DNA from: an uncultured archaeon
GTDB taxonomy: Archaea > Nanobdellota > Nanobdellia > Pacearchaeales > GW2011-AR1
Direction of reading: 5' to 3'
Assembly: GCA_903873955.1 (NCBI GenBank)
Contig: CAIQQL010000131.1
Coordinates: forward strand, 1-42,038
DNA: 42,038 nucleotides
Shown here: piece after piece, positions 17,898-26,250 of the stretch
Layout: each line of letters starts with the position of its first letter
How positions within the stretch are numbered: position 1 is the first letter of the stretch
Position numbers and translations under genes: made by a program
Notes under the pieces: model-generated
The model's input: only the letters and a program-made list of their open reading frames with translations
What the model was told of the DNA's origin: nothing
Databases searched by the model: none

Positions 17898-19018
17898 ACA
17901 AAAAAGGAATGACCGAAACTGAGGTGGTAGTGGCAGTTGTCGCAGTCTCAATCATGGTTATCGTTCTCCTTTTTTTCGGGCCTTACTTCATTAAAGTCAT
18001 CATCCCGATCATACGGGGCACGGCGATCAATGGTTCTGTGCAGATGACTACCGGGCCAGAGATTTTACGTTATAGACTTCTGACTGGGGAAGTGCAATGG
18101 TATGATGGGACCAATTGGCAAGTATTTCCCTCTGATCCAATCATTCTCGGGACTAAGTTTCTTAAACAGAACGATGTAAAATCCGCATTTGAGCAACGCC
18201 TAGGGTCCACCTTTTCACAATCCACTTCGTTTACTCTTGGAGGATCCTCTTATGTTTTCAGCGGGCTAATGACCGGGGCCTACACCCTTGAGAAAGATAT
18301 CTTGATTGCGACTCCTAACATGCGTTCCTATCCTTTAACCTCTTTTTATGTATTCAATGAGGGAGAGGTCATTATCACCACCGATGGTTCGGTCTACCAG
18401 CGTACTTCTCCCGCAGATTCCCTTTCTGTCGGGTCGCTCAGCTTTAACAATGATCAGGCAACGTTTAGCGTCAAACTCTCTGATTCTTTGTCTCCTGCCC
18501 AAAAAGCCTTCCTTACCCCGCTAGATGGCCTGACTTTTTCACTTTCAAAACCCCTTCCTGCACGTCTAAGCCTAGACTCTTCCACATCTCTTCTTTTTTC
18601 CTCTGAGAAGAGCTATACTGATGGTGCGTTGTTCAATCCCACCAATTTTCATGAAACAGTATACACTTTCAGAAGCAGTGCCAAAGCGGTGCCAGGGGCA
18701 GAGCTGACCATTGTTCAATCAGGCCCTAATGATGATCCTAAGACCATGACTTTTATCAGAGGTACGCTCACCTTCCATCCCGCACTAGGGGGGAAGTTTA
18801 CCTTGCAGAGCACTCCTACGGGTAATGCCGCTGCCTTATTGTCCCAGACCAATAAACTAATTGATCAGTCTTTCTCTCGGCCTCTCTCAATCCCTTACCA
18901 GCCCGTGAAGGATGGCAAACCCTTTGGTCCGGTCCAATCAGTATCTGTTTGCACGAAAAAAGTAAATGGGGCCGATCTTGTTGTCGATTTGACTGCTCCT
19001 GCAGTAAGCTGTTCATGA
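17894..19018 (+). CDS. Pilin-like protein, 374 aa
   Basis: MNKKG/MTETE + hydrophobic stretch; S/T-rich beta-type body; C-terminal Cys pair. Confidence 0.85.
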   Translation: MNKKGMTETEVVVAVVAVSIMVIVLLFFGPYFIKVIIPIIRGTAINGSVQMTTGPEILRYRLLTGEVQWYDGTNWQVFPSDPIILGTKFLKQNDVKSAFEQRLGSTFSQSTSFTLGGSSYVFSGLMTGAYTLEKDILIATPNMRSYPLTSFYVFNEGEVIITTDGSVYQRTSPADSLSVGSLSFNNDQATFSVKLSDSLSPAQKAFLTPLDGLTFSLSKPLPARLSLDSSTSLLFSSEKSYTDGALFNPTNFHETVYTFRSSAKAVPGAELTIVQSGPNDDPKTMTFIRGTLTFHPALGGKFTLQSTPTGNAAALLSQTNKLIDQSFSRPLSIPYQPVKDGKPFGPVQSVSVCTKKVNGADLVVDLTAPAVSCS

Positions 19019-19143
19019 ACCTCTGGTCAAAAAAAGGTGAAAAGCTGGAGAGCGAAGGGATGCTGGGGACACTTATCTGGGTGATTGTGCTCATCCTTTT
19101 TCTTGGGGCCGCTTACTATATCTTCAAACGACTAACTTCGTAA
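19015..19143 (+). CDS. Micro-pilin 2 (42 aa, class III signal peptide)
   Basis: MNLWSKKG/EKLESEGMLGTLIWVIVLILFLGAAYYIFKRLTS; ATGA overlap with upstream stop. Confidence 0.75.
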   Translation: MNLWSKKGEKLESEGMLGTLIWVIVLILFLGAAYYIFKRLTS

Positions 19144-19174
19144 TTGTTTTAAACTTCATTTTCATTGGTACCAT

Positions 19175-20290
19175 ATGAGTTTTAGAGTAAAAAAAGGGGA
19201 GCTTACTTCCGAGCAGATTGTAATCTGGGTGATTGTCATAGCTTCGTTCATCATCATCATCGCATTCATAGCCGGTCTTAATCTTACAGGCATGACTGAT
19301 GAAGAGCAATGCAAGCTTTCTGTCGTCAGCCGAGCGACCATGCCCCTTGATGTCGCTAAAAGCTTTATTCCTCTCAACTGCAACACGAAAAAGATCTGTA
19401 TCACCAGCGGCAAAGGCAACTGCGGAGATGTTTTTGGAGGAGAGTCGCCACAAATCATCTCTCTCCCGGGTGACCCTAAAGCGGCAATAAAACTCATCGA
19501 AAAGACAAGCGCAGACGAAATGTACTCTTGCTGGAATGTGATGGGAAAAGGAAAGCTAGACCTTTTTAACAATGCGAAAGCAAAGTTTGGAGTAAACAGC
19601 GCAAAACGCGTTTGTGTTATGTGCTCGAGAATAGCCATCGACCCGAGCGTTAATGCCTCCCTGCTTGAGCAGGTCGATATTAATACCTATATGCAACTCA
19701 ATCAGATTTCATCTAACAGTGAGCAGACCTATCTGCAGGCTATGACTGATAATCAGTTCAATGCCTATGCGAAATCCATCAATGATTTCAAGTACAGGGA
19801 AGAACTCAATACGACCTCTTCTGGTCAAACTGCCATTGGAACGACAAGCAAAGAAAAAGTAACCCTCAATGGTCAAACCGAAATAATCAACCGCCAGATG
19901 GCTTTTATCTTCACTCAAATAAAATCTCCTTCCGTTTCAACTGTTCTAGCTAACCAATTTGAGACTGCTGCAGCTGTGGGGGCAGGTTTCGCCCTCGCTC
20001 CTGGAAAAGGCCTGGTGACGAAAACCGCTGGTTGGGCCCTTCAGCTTGTCGCAGGCAAATATATCAAGATTGTAAAGGTAGCCGTTGCTGTTGCTGCCGT
20101 GGCTGGAGCCGCCACCGTTGCAGGTTATGGTGTATACAATTCCCGTCAGGGTCAACTTATCGCTGCATCTTACTGTGGCAATTTCACTTCAAATGAGCAA
20201 GTCAAAACGGGATGTTCCATCGTCCAAGGCGTCAATTATGATGTTCCGGACATTAATTCATTTTGTGATTATTTTGATGGCAACTTATGA
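19175..20290 (+). CDS. Pilin-like protein, 371 aa, Cys-rich with distal Gly/Ala-rich hydrophobic segment
   Basis: MSFRVKKG/ELTSE + TM; multiple Cys (CKLS, LNCNT, CW, CVMC). Confidence 0.85.
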   Translation: MSFRVKKGELTSEQIVIWVIVIASFIIIIAFIAGLNLTGMTDEEQCKLSVVSRATMPLDVAKSFIPLNCNTKKICITSGKGNCGDVFGGESPQIISLPGDPKAAIKLIEKTSADEMYSCWNVMGKGKLDLFNNAKAKFGVNSAKRVCVMCSRIAIDPSVNASLLEQVDINTYMQLNQISSNSEQTYLQAMTDNQFNAYAKSINDFKYREELNTTSSGQTAIGTTSKEKVTLNGQTEIINRQMAFIFTQIKSPSVSTVLANQFETAAAVGAGFALAPGKGLVTKTAGWALQLVAGKYIKIVKVAVAVAAVAGAATVAGYGVYNSRQGQLIAASYCGNFTSNEQVKTGCSIVQGVNYDVPDINSFCDYFDGNL

Positions 20291-22485
20291 AGTTACGAAA
20301 GAGAGGCATGCTAGAGAAAGAAGTTTTGGGGTTAATTATTGCAGTCCTTGCGCTCAGTCTTTTTATCTATGCGGGTTTCAAACTCTACAGCCTCTGGATT
20401 AACCAAGAGGACCAAAATGCGCAAAAGATTATTGACCTTGTCAATGCCAAAGCCAAGTCATTAAGTGAAGGCCAAACAAAGGATTTTCCCATCCGAGGTC
20501 TCGATGACTGGATGCTTACCGGCTGGGGTGTGAACGAGGTGGGAAGGCCTGACCAATGCTATTTCAAGAGTTGTGTCTGTATCTGCAAATACGCTTCCTC
20601 TCGCGCCGATCAGGCCGCGAGCTGCAAGAGCAAAAGCCATTGTTTTTTTACTGATGACAAAGCAATCTATACCTATAACGACCAGCGCGGGATAAAACTT
20701 GCTCAGACACCTGCACTGATGGAAATTGAAATCTCCCGCAAAGGAGGTGTCTTCTCCATGAAAAACACTGCAGGAGAAGGGGATGTGTGGACCGCATATG
20801 ATTATCTTAAGGCCATGTGCTTTATGCGTGATATCGATAATCCCGACATGGACAAGGCTGTCTCTGCAGTGGTTGACCGCTCCGCTCAAAGCGCAGGACT
20901 TATTGTTGCAGACGCCAGGACTCTTTCTGCCGCTGACTCGCTCCAGGCAGCAATAAATGCCGGCGCAGATGTCATGATCCAAGATGGAACCAGGGTCAGC
21001 GGTCTTGACTCTTACCTGAATTCTCTCAAGGGTTTTTCTGAAAGCACACTTGAACTAAAATCTGCCGCGGAGAATGCAGTCATAAAAAACTTTCCTGAAC
21101 AAGGAATCTACAATATCGTGTGGGATCCAGTAAACAAGAAAGTCATCGGTCAAGTCACTCAGGGAGGTATGATAAAAAAAGTCTCTCAGTCAACTTTAGA
21201 TGTCTTACTTAAATCCAAGGACATTACAGGTGTGGCCGGACTTTATGGCCAAACCGGTGGAAGCATCATAAAAGCCAGTCCAAAAATTGCCGAAGATGCT
21301 GTTGTCCTTGCCAAAGATGGCACAACCTTGGGGAAATTTAGTGACGCTGTTTTGCAGTCCAAGAATGGAGTGCTCAAATTTATCCCTAAAAGCACGACGG
21401 TGGGAAAAACTCTTGCAAAGCTTGGAGGAAAAGTGTTTGCAGTCTGGGGTCTCGCGTGTGATATCACCACCATAGGCATTGCAGGGGTTGAATTTGCGAA
21501 GATGATCAATGCCCAAACGCAGGAGACGGTCGCAGGTCAGGCACTTGACCAACTCATCACGCAAACCATGCCTGAAACAGCTTCCAGAGTTGTTGATCAA
21601 GAAAAAAATACCCTTACTGATTTTGAAAGTGTAAACACACAGACTCTTTCAACTTTGCCTCAAGCTCGTACTCTTATCTTCCAAATGCATGCCTTCTTGG
21701 ATGATGCGACAAGTGAAGTTTCCTATCTCGCGAATCGTACGCGTCGCTTCTCAACTAACTATGACCAAGAGGGGAGCTCGACTATAACCTATGCTGAACA
21801 GAAAATTCTTCAATTGCAACTTGGGCATTTGAGGGAGCAACTCGCCCTTTATGATGCCCAATTCCAAATCCTAAATGAATCGGTCTTAAGAAACTCTGAT
21901 GTAAGCTCTGCCTCTCCTTTCATATTCGAGAAAACTCCACAAACTCCTTTTGACCTGACTATGGACTATGCCCGTTTTTCAACTGACCCTAAGAGCTACT
22001 TCTCAGATGTCATACGAGACAACACCCCTAACCCCAATGTTCCCGTAAGCATTTATAGCTCCGCAAACACTCTTTTTTCCTTTGATAAAACCGATACTTC
22101 CCCGCCTTTTCTTGCCTTCAGTCATCAAAAGATCGGAACTGTCGCTGGCGATGGAACCATCACTATCGATCCGACCCTTCGGTCCAATCTTCTGCAACAA
22201 AATGCCAACAATGCTCCGGTCCTTGCGCAGTTAAGTCATTATCTTCCCCTATTAGACCATGCAAAAGTAAGCCGTTATGAGATCTTCCCTTATATTCCTG
22301 CCCAAGACACGAAAGACAATGCGGACCAGAATTCTTTTCTGAATGATCTGCAGACCCTTCCTGATCCCAATACTGATCTTGAGGTGTATACTTCCTCAGC
22401 TCCACCTGAAGGGTCACTTCCTCAGGACCTCACGAGCTCATCTGACAGCATTTCCTCTTCAATCACTCAGGAGGCAGTTAGTTAA
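20287..22485 (+). CDS. Pilin-like protein with long C-terminal extension, 732 aa
   Basis: MKLRKRG/MLEKE + TM; RPDQCYFKSCVCIC Cys cluster; ATGA overlap. Confidence 0.85.
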   Translation: MKLRKRGMLEKEVLGLIIAVLALSLFIYAGFKLYSLWINQEDQNAQKIIDLVNAKAKSLSEGQTKDFPIRGLDDWMLTGWGVNEVGRPDQCYFKSCVCICKYASSRADQAASCKSKSHCFFTDDKAIYTYNDQRGIKLAQTPALMEIEISRKGGVFSMKNTAGEGDVWTAYDYLKAMCFMRDIDNPDMDKAVSAVVDRSAQSAGLIVADARTLSAADSLQAAINAGADVMIQDGTRVSGLDSYLNSLKGFSESTLELKSAAENAVIKNFPEQGIYNIVWDPVNKKVIGQVTQGGMIKKVSQSTLDVLLKSKDITGVAGLYGQTGGSIIKASPKIAEDAVVLAKDGTTLGKFSDAVLQSKNGVLKFIPKSTTVGKTLAKLGGKVFAVWGLACDITTIGIAGVEFAKMINAQTQETVAGQALDQLITQTMPETASRVVDQEKNTLTDFESVNTQTLSTLPQARTLIFQMHAFLDDATSEVSYLANRTRRFSTNYDQEGSSTITYAEQKILQLQLGHLREQLALYDAQFQILNESVLRNSDVSSASPFIFEKTPQTPFDLTMDYARFSTDPKSYFSDVIRDNTPNPNVPVSIYSSANTLFSFDKTDTSPPFLAFSHQKIGTVAGDGTITIDPTLRSNLLQQNANNAPVLAQLSHYLPLLDHAKVSRYEIFPYIPAQDTKDNADQNSFLNDLQTLPDPNTDLEVYTSSAPPEGSLPQDLTSSSDSISSSITQEAVS

Positions 22486-22487
22486 CC

Positions 22488-22931
22488 ATGCTTTCGCTAG
22501 GGCGCAGAGGGGGAGTTGGAGACATGCTTTGGGACAATATCGTCTACATCCTTTTCATTCTTGCATTTACGACAATCATGGCATTTTATGTCTATGCCCA
22601 GCAAGATGCCTCAGCGGTTTGGGCAGACTATTATGCAAAGGAGATTGTCAAGGTTGTCGATACCTCTCAACCTGGAGAGGCGATCACCCTGGATGTGCAT
22701 CGTGCGACCATCATCGCAAAGGACCATCAAATACCTTACAATCAAATCTTCTCTTTTGACAATCTCCACCATGCTGTCTGTGTGCAATTAAGCAGGGGTA
22801 GAGCGACCTGTTATGGTTATTTTACCGATGTCCTCCTTACTGAGCCTACTATTGAATTGGGAGTGCCCATCAATGTTTTGCATTTTAATGTCACGGAAAC
22901 CTCCTATGCTCCTGGCAAGGTGTCTTCATGA
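22488..22931 (+). CDS. Pilin-like protein, 147 aa
   Basis: LGRRG/GVGD + hydrophobic stretch. Confidence 0.8.
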   Translation: MLSLGRRGGVGDMLWDNIVYILFILAFTTIMAFYVYAQQDASAVWADYYAKEIVKVVDTSQPGEAITLDVHRATIIAKDHQIPYNQIFSFDNLHHAVCVQLSRGRATCYGYFTDVLLTEPTIELGVPINVLHFNVTETSYAPGKVSS

Positions 22932-23407
22932 ACCTGCGAGCCCAGTTAGGGGATCAGGTCATGGTCTTCACCTATCTTTTTATCATGGTCATGGTTGCAG
23001 GATCCATCGTAGGCGGGGTTGTTCTTTTTTATGGAACGGAAATTGACTTTCGTCCAACTGAAGTGCAGCTTTTAACCCGTGCAGTCGACCATTGTTTAAC
23101 TTTAGACACCTTTAACTGGGACAAGGCGCAAAACGATTCTTCATATTTTTTCACCGTCTGCAATCTAAACAAATCAGCTTTGGAATCCCATACCAATCAA
23201 TTGAAAGTTTGCGTGAACTCAAAGGGCTGTATCTCTGAACCTCATCCCCTTATCGCTGTTGGATCCGATTTCCTTTTTTGCGGACTTTCCGGTGTACAAG
23301 CAAATGAAAAGCTTCCCCGTTGTCTTGTTAGTTCCTTAGTCATCTCCGGAAAGAATGTGCAGATCATTGCAAGCAGCAACCAAAAAGCAACACAGGGGGT
23401 CGCCTGA
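22928..23407 (+). CDS. Pilin-like protein, 159 aa
   Basis: MNLRA/QLGD + hydrophobic stretch; 6 Cys; ATGA overlap. Confidence 0.8.
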   Translation: MNLRAQLGDQVMVFTYLFIMVMVAGSIVGGVVLFYGTEIDFRPTEVQLLTRAVDHCLTLDTFNWDKAQNDSSYFFTVCNLNKSALESHTNQLKVCVNSKGCISEPHPLIAVGSDFLFCGLSGVQANEKLPRCLVSSLVISGKNVQIIASSNQKATQGVA

Positions 23408-24009
23408 TGCGCCTCTTGAACAAACGAGGAATTATGGGGAAGCTCTTAAGTGCTATCCCTGTCCTTTTTATCCTCTTTTTTGTCATTATCATCTTCTTTG
23501 TCCTTACTGCCTCGATGAGTGGCACTCTTTTTTCCAGCGGTTCAGGGAATTCTCTCACCCTCTCTCCTGTCCTTTTACCTCCTAGTCCCCTTCTTTTCCA
23601 AGAAATTGCGTTTCCTGTCCAAGAAAAGGGCCAGACCCTACTAGTCTCGGATAGCCTCATCCTTTGGGACAAGGGGCAAATCACTCCGGAGCAACTTTCT
23701 TCAGCATTAGAGAAATTACCTGTTCCTGATGGTACCTGTCTTGCCCTTGCTGCCGCATTGGACTCAAATCCTAGCGATGTTAGCTTTTCGATCGATGGTG
23801 CGCCTGGGAACAAACTGGTTCTCTTTCTCGAATTCCATAATGGAAAGGTCACCAATAGATGGTGGGTCTATTCTTATCTGAGTGATTATAAGAAAGCCAA
23901 TCTGCTCTATCCTCTCCAGCTCACCTATCTCTCTGGTGGAAAATCCCGAACCGTGTTTGCTGAATCCTATCTCGGTCCGTGCCTGTCTGCCGCAGGAGGA
24001 TCATCATGA
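23407..24009 (+). CDS. Pilin-like protein, 200 aa
   Basis: LNKRG/IMGK + hydrophobic stretch; TGATG overlap. Confidence 0.8.
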   Translation: MRLLNKRGIMGKLLSAIPVLFILFFVIIIFFVLTASMSGTLFSSGSGNSLTLSPVLLPPSPLLFQEIAFPVQEKGQTLLVSDSLILWDKGQITPEQLSSALEKLPVPDGTCLALAAALDSNPSDVSFSIDGAPGNKLVLFLEFHNGKVTNRWWVYSYLSDYKKANLLYPLQLTYLSGGKSRTVFAESYLGPCLSAAGGSS

Positions 24010-24443
24010 ATCGGAGAGCAAACCTTCCTATGACCCTTCTCTTTTTTGTGTGTCTGTTTTTACTTACCCTTGCGCTTTTTTCGTTCGCTACCTTCAAAAA
24101 AACCCAGGACCAAACCCTGTCAGACAGTTCTATGCTCACCTCTCAGTTGGAGTTCAAAGAGCAGTACGTCCGAGCGACAGCAAGGTCTTTATTCACCGAG
24201 GCTTTGGTGCATCCCTCTTCTGATGTCTCCGCTCAATTGCAGTCTGTAGCTGTACGCAGGGATTTGGGTTTAGTCGGTATCGGCAATCTTTTTGCAAAGA
24301 TCAGGGATAAGGACTTCACCCTTGAAGACAAAGGTGATCGCTGGGTACTGACCCTGAAAGACGTTTTTGTGACCTCTCAAGTCGGTCAACACAGGCTTAC
24401 CCGGACATTCACAATTATCCTCGAATCTCGAAAAGGTTTATAA
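24006..24443 (+). CDS. Pilin-like protein, 145 aa
   Basis: MNRRA/NLPM + hydrophobic stretch; start reassigned to ATGA overlap at 24006. Confidence 0.8.
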   Translation: MNRRANLPMTLLFFVCLFLLTLALFSFATFKKTQDQTLSDSSMLTSQLEFKEQYVRATARSLFTEALVHPSSDVSAQLQSVAVRRDLGLVGIGNLFAKIRDKDFTLEDKGDRWVLTLKDVFVTSQVGQHRLTRTFTIILESRKGL

Positions 24444-24444
24444 A
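24429..24444 (+). promoter_or_regulatory. Near-consensus BRE-TATA upstream of last pilin gene
   Basis: cgaaaagg-tttataaa, TATA at 24437-24444, ATG at 24467. Confidence 0.6.
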
Positions 24445-24466
24445 TAATGAGTGTTTACGTTAGTTT

Positions 24467-25039
24467 ATGATAAGGAGGTTGAACAGAAAGAGGGCCAAAT
24501 GGCTGGGTAGCAAAGGTGCTGCTGATGAAGGGAGCATGGTCATCTGGCTTGTTGTCGCTATTGCGGCAGCGGTCATTGTTCTCCTGTTCTTCTATGGAGG
24601 TTATGATATGATCAAAGGACTTTTTCCTTCGAAAGCCCTCACTATGGAGGCAGCCGTACAAGTTTGTAAGAACATAGGGCCTTCCTTTACAACAACACTT
24701 TGCGATAACTGGAAAGCAGTCACCATTGCGGGTGGCGACCAACTTGTTAATTGTCAATATCCCGATATACAGAACAAAATGGACTTGTCTTCGCAATTGA
24801 GATGCGGAAATACTACTGACTATAAAGATTATGGTGCGCAATATTGCATGACTCTTTTTAAGGTTAACAAAGATTATACCTCTGAACTTCGCGTCAATGG
24901 CGTACTCTGTTCGAGTTTGAGTTGTGAGGGGCTTGGAGGAAGCAGTATTGCTTCCAATAGTTCTTGTGCAACAGGTTCCGTAGAAAGAACTAAAGGGTTT
25001 GCCGGGGTTTCAGGTTCCAAGTGTTGTGTCACAGCTTAA
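24467..25039 (+). CDS. Pilin-like protein, 190 aa, Cys-rich
   Basis: GSKG/AADEG + hydrophobic stretch; ~10 Cys ending KCCV. Confidence 0.8.
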   Translation: MIRRLNRKRAKWLGSKGAADEGSMVIWLVVAIAAAVIVLLFFYGGYDMIKGLFPSKALTMEAAVQVCKNIGPSFTTTLCDNWKAVTIAGGDQLVNCQYPDIQNKMDLSSQLRCGNTTDYKDYGAQYCMTLFKVNKDYTSELRVNGVLCSSLSCEGLGGSSIASNSSCATGSVERTKGFAGVSGSKCCVTA

Positions 25040-25048
25040 AGTAATTCT

Positions 25049-25183
25049 ATGAGCGATTATTGCGTCCCCGAACGTCGAAAGAATAAGAACGATAAACGTG
25101 CAAAGTCCCGTTTTAACAAATATAAGCGGGGCGGGGCGCAGAGGTCAACTACCATCACCCTGTCCAGCACCAAGTCTGAATAA
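25049..25183 (+). CDS. Small basic protein (44 aa), unknown function
   Basis: Manual translation MSDYCVPERRKNKNDKRAKSRFNKYKRGGAQRSTTITLSSTKSE; starts 9 nt after the pilin stop. Confidence 0.5.
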   Translation: MSDYCVPERRKNKNDKRAKSRFNKYKRGGAQRSTTITLSSTKSE

Positions 25184-25227
25184 TACTTCTCTGGACTATT
25201 AGAATCTCGGATTAAAAAAAGATTTTC

Positions 25228-26199
25228 CTATCTGGCTTTCTCTTGAATAATCTTTATCGCATAGAAAAGAATAAGCGGTCCTACTATCACTCCCACTATA
25301 CCAAAAAGAGGCACTCCGCCGACAACCCCGATCAACATGAGCAAGGGATTCATCTGGGTCCCTTCACCCATAAGCTTGCTTCGTAGAACCGTGTCTATGC
25401 CTATCATGATCACTATTGCCCCAATGACCAATATCCCTATCCCTGCAACCATATTGCCCATCGCAATATAGATGACCCCTAATGGGAGCCAGATACCCGC
25501 GGTCCCAATTCCCGGGACGAATGCAAACAAGCCGAGCAACGCGCCATAAAAGAGGGGGGCGTTAACTCCAAGGGCTGAAAACACAACTGACGCAATGATA
25601 AAGTCTACAATCGCAACAATCAATGTCCCGCGTATTATTGCATGTGTTGCTTGGTCTATCTCCTTTGCGATCTTATCCTTATTCTTGAACGGAAGATACT
25701 GCTGCAGGAACACCGTGATCTCATCCCAATGTACGAGGAAATAATACATCCCCCAGAAGATGATCAGAAGCGCGAGGATGAGAAAGGGAATATATGAGAC
25801 GAGTGAGGTGATTGTTGATATGATAAAATTCACTCCGCTTTGCCGTAAGCCATTCAAATCGAGACCTGAATTTTTCAAGAATTCATTCTGGGAAATCTTG
25901 TTTAGAAGTGCCTGAACATCATTCTGATTCAAAGACGTATATGCCTGTTGGGCTACTCCTCCAATAATGAGCAGCAGCGGGAAAAAAATAATGAATCCCA
26001 TAAATACTATACAGACCAGGGCAGAATTCCTGTCCGACATCCTCTTCCTCAATCGCAGGTACACCGGACGGAGGAGGTACGCCAGGATGAATGAAGAAAT
26101 TATCGTGATGATATATCTTTTGACAATATAGTAACTGAGCACTAAAAGCAGGGCTACTATCCCCCAGAACATGTACTTCTCAAAACCCTCTTTTTCCAT
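25228..26199 (-). CDS. AI-2E (PerM/UPF0118) family transporter
   Basis: LAYLLRPVY, FAFVPGIG..IWLP, DTVLRSKL, NPLLMLIGVVGG..LFGIVG.IVGP. Confidence 0.9.
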   Translation of the reverse strand: MEKEGFEKYMFWGIVALLLVLSYYIVKRYIITIISSFILAYLLRPVYLRLRKRMSDRNSALVCIVFMGFIIFFPLLLIIGGVAQQAYTSLNQNDVQALLNKISQNEFLKNSGLDLNGLRQSGVNFIISTITSLVSYIPFLILALLIIFWGMYYFLVHWDEITVFLQQYLPFKNKDKIAKEIDQATHAIIRGTLIVAIVDFIIASVVFSALGVNAPLFYGALLGLFAFVPGIGTAGIWLPLGVIYIAMGNMVAGIGILVIGAIVIMIGIDTVLRSKLMGEGTQMNPLLMLIGVVGGVPLFGIVGVIVGPLILFYAIKIIQEKAR

Positions 26200-26250
26200 T
26201 ATTCTATCTACGATACTAAGGTTAATAAAGATTCTTTATATTACAGGGGC

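Noticed and set aside
13132-25039. Archaellum operon
   Set aside because: No recognisable archaellin, ArlH (KaiC-like ATPase) or ArlF/G genes; the pilins are heterogeneous
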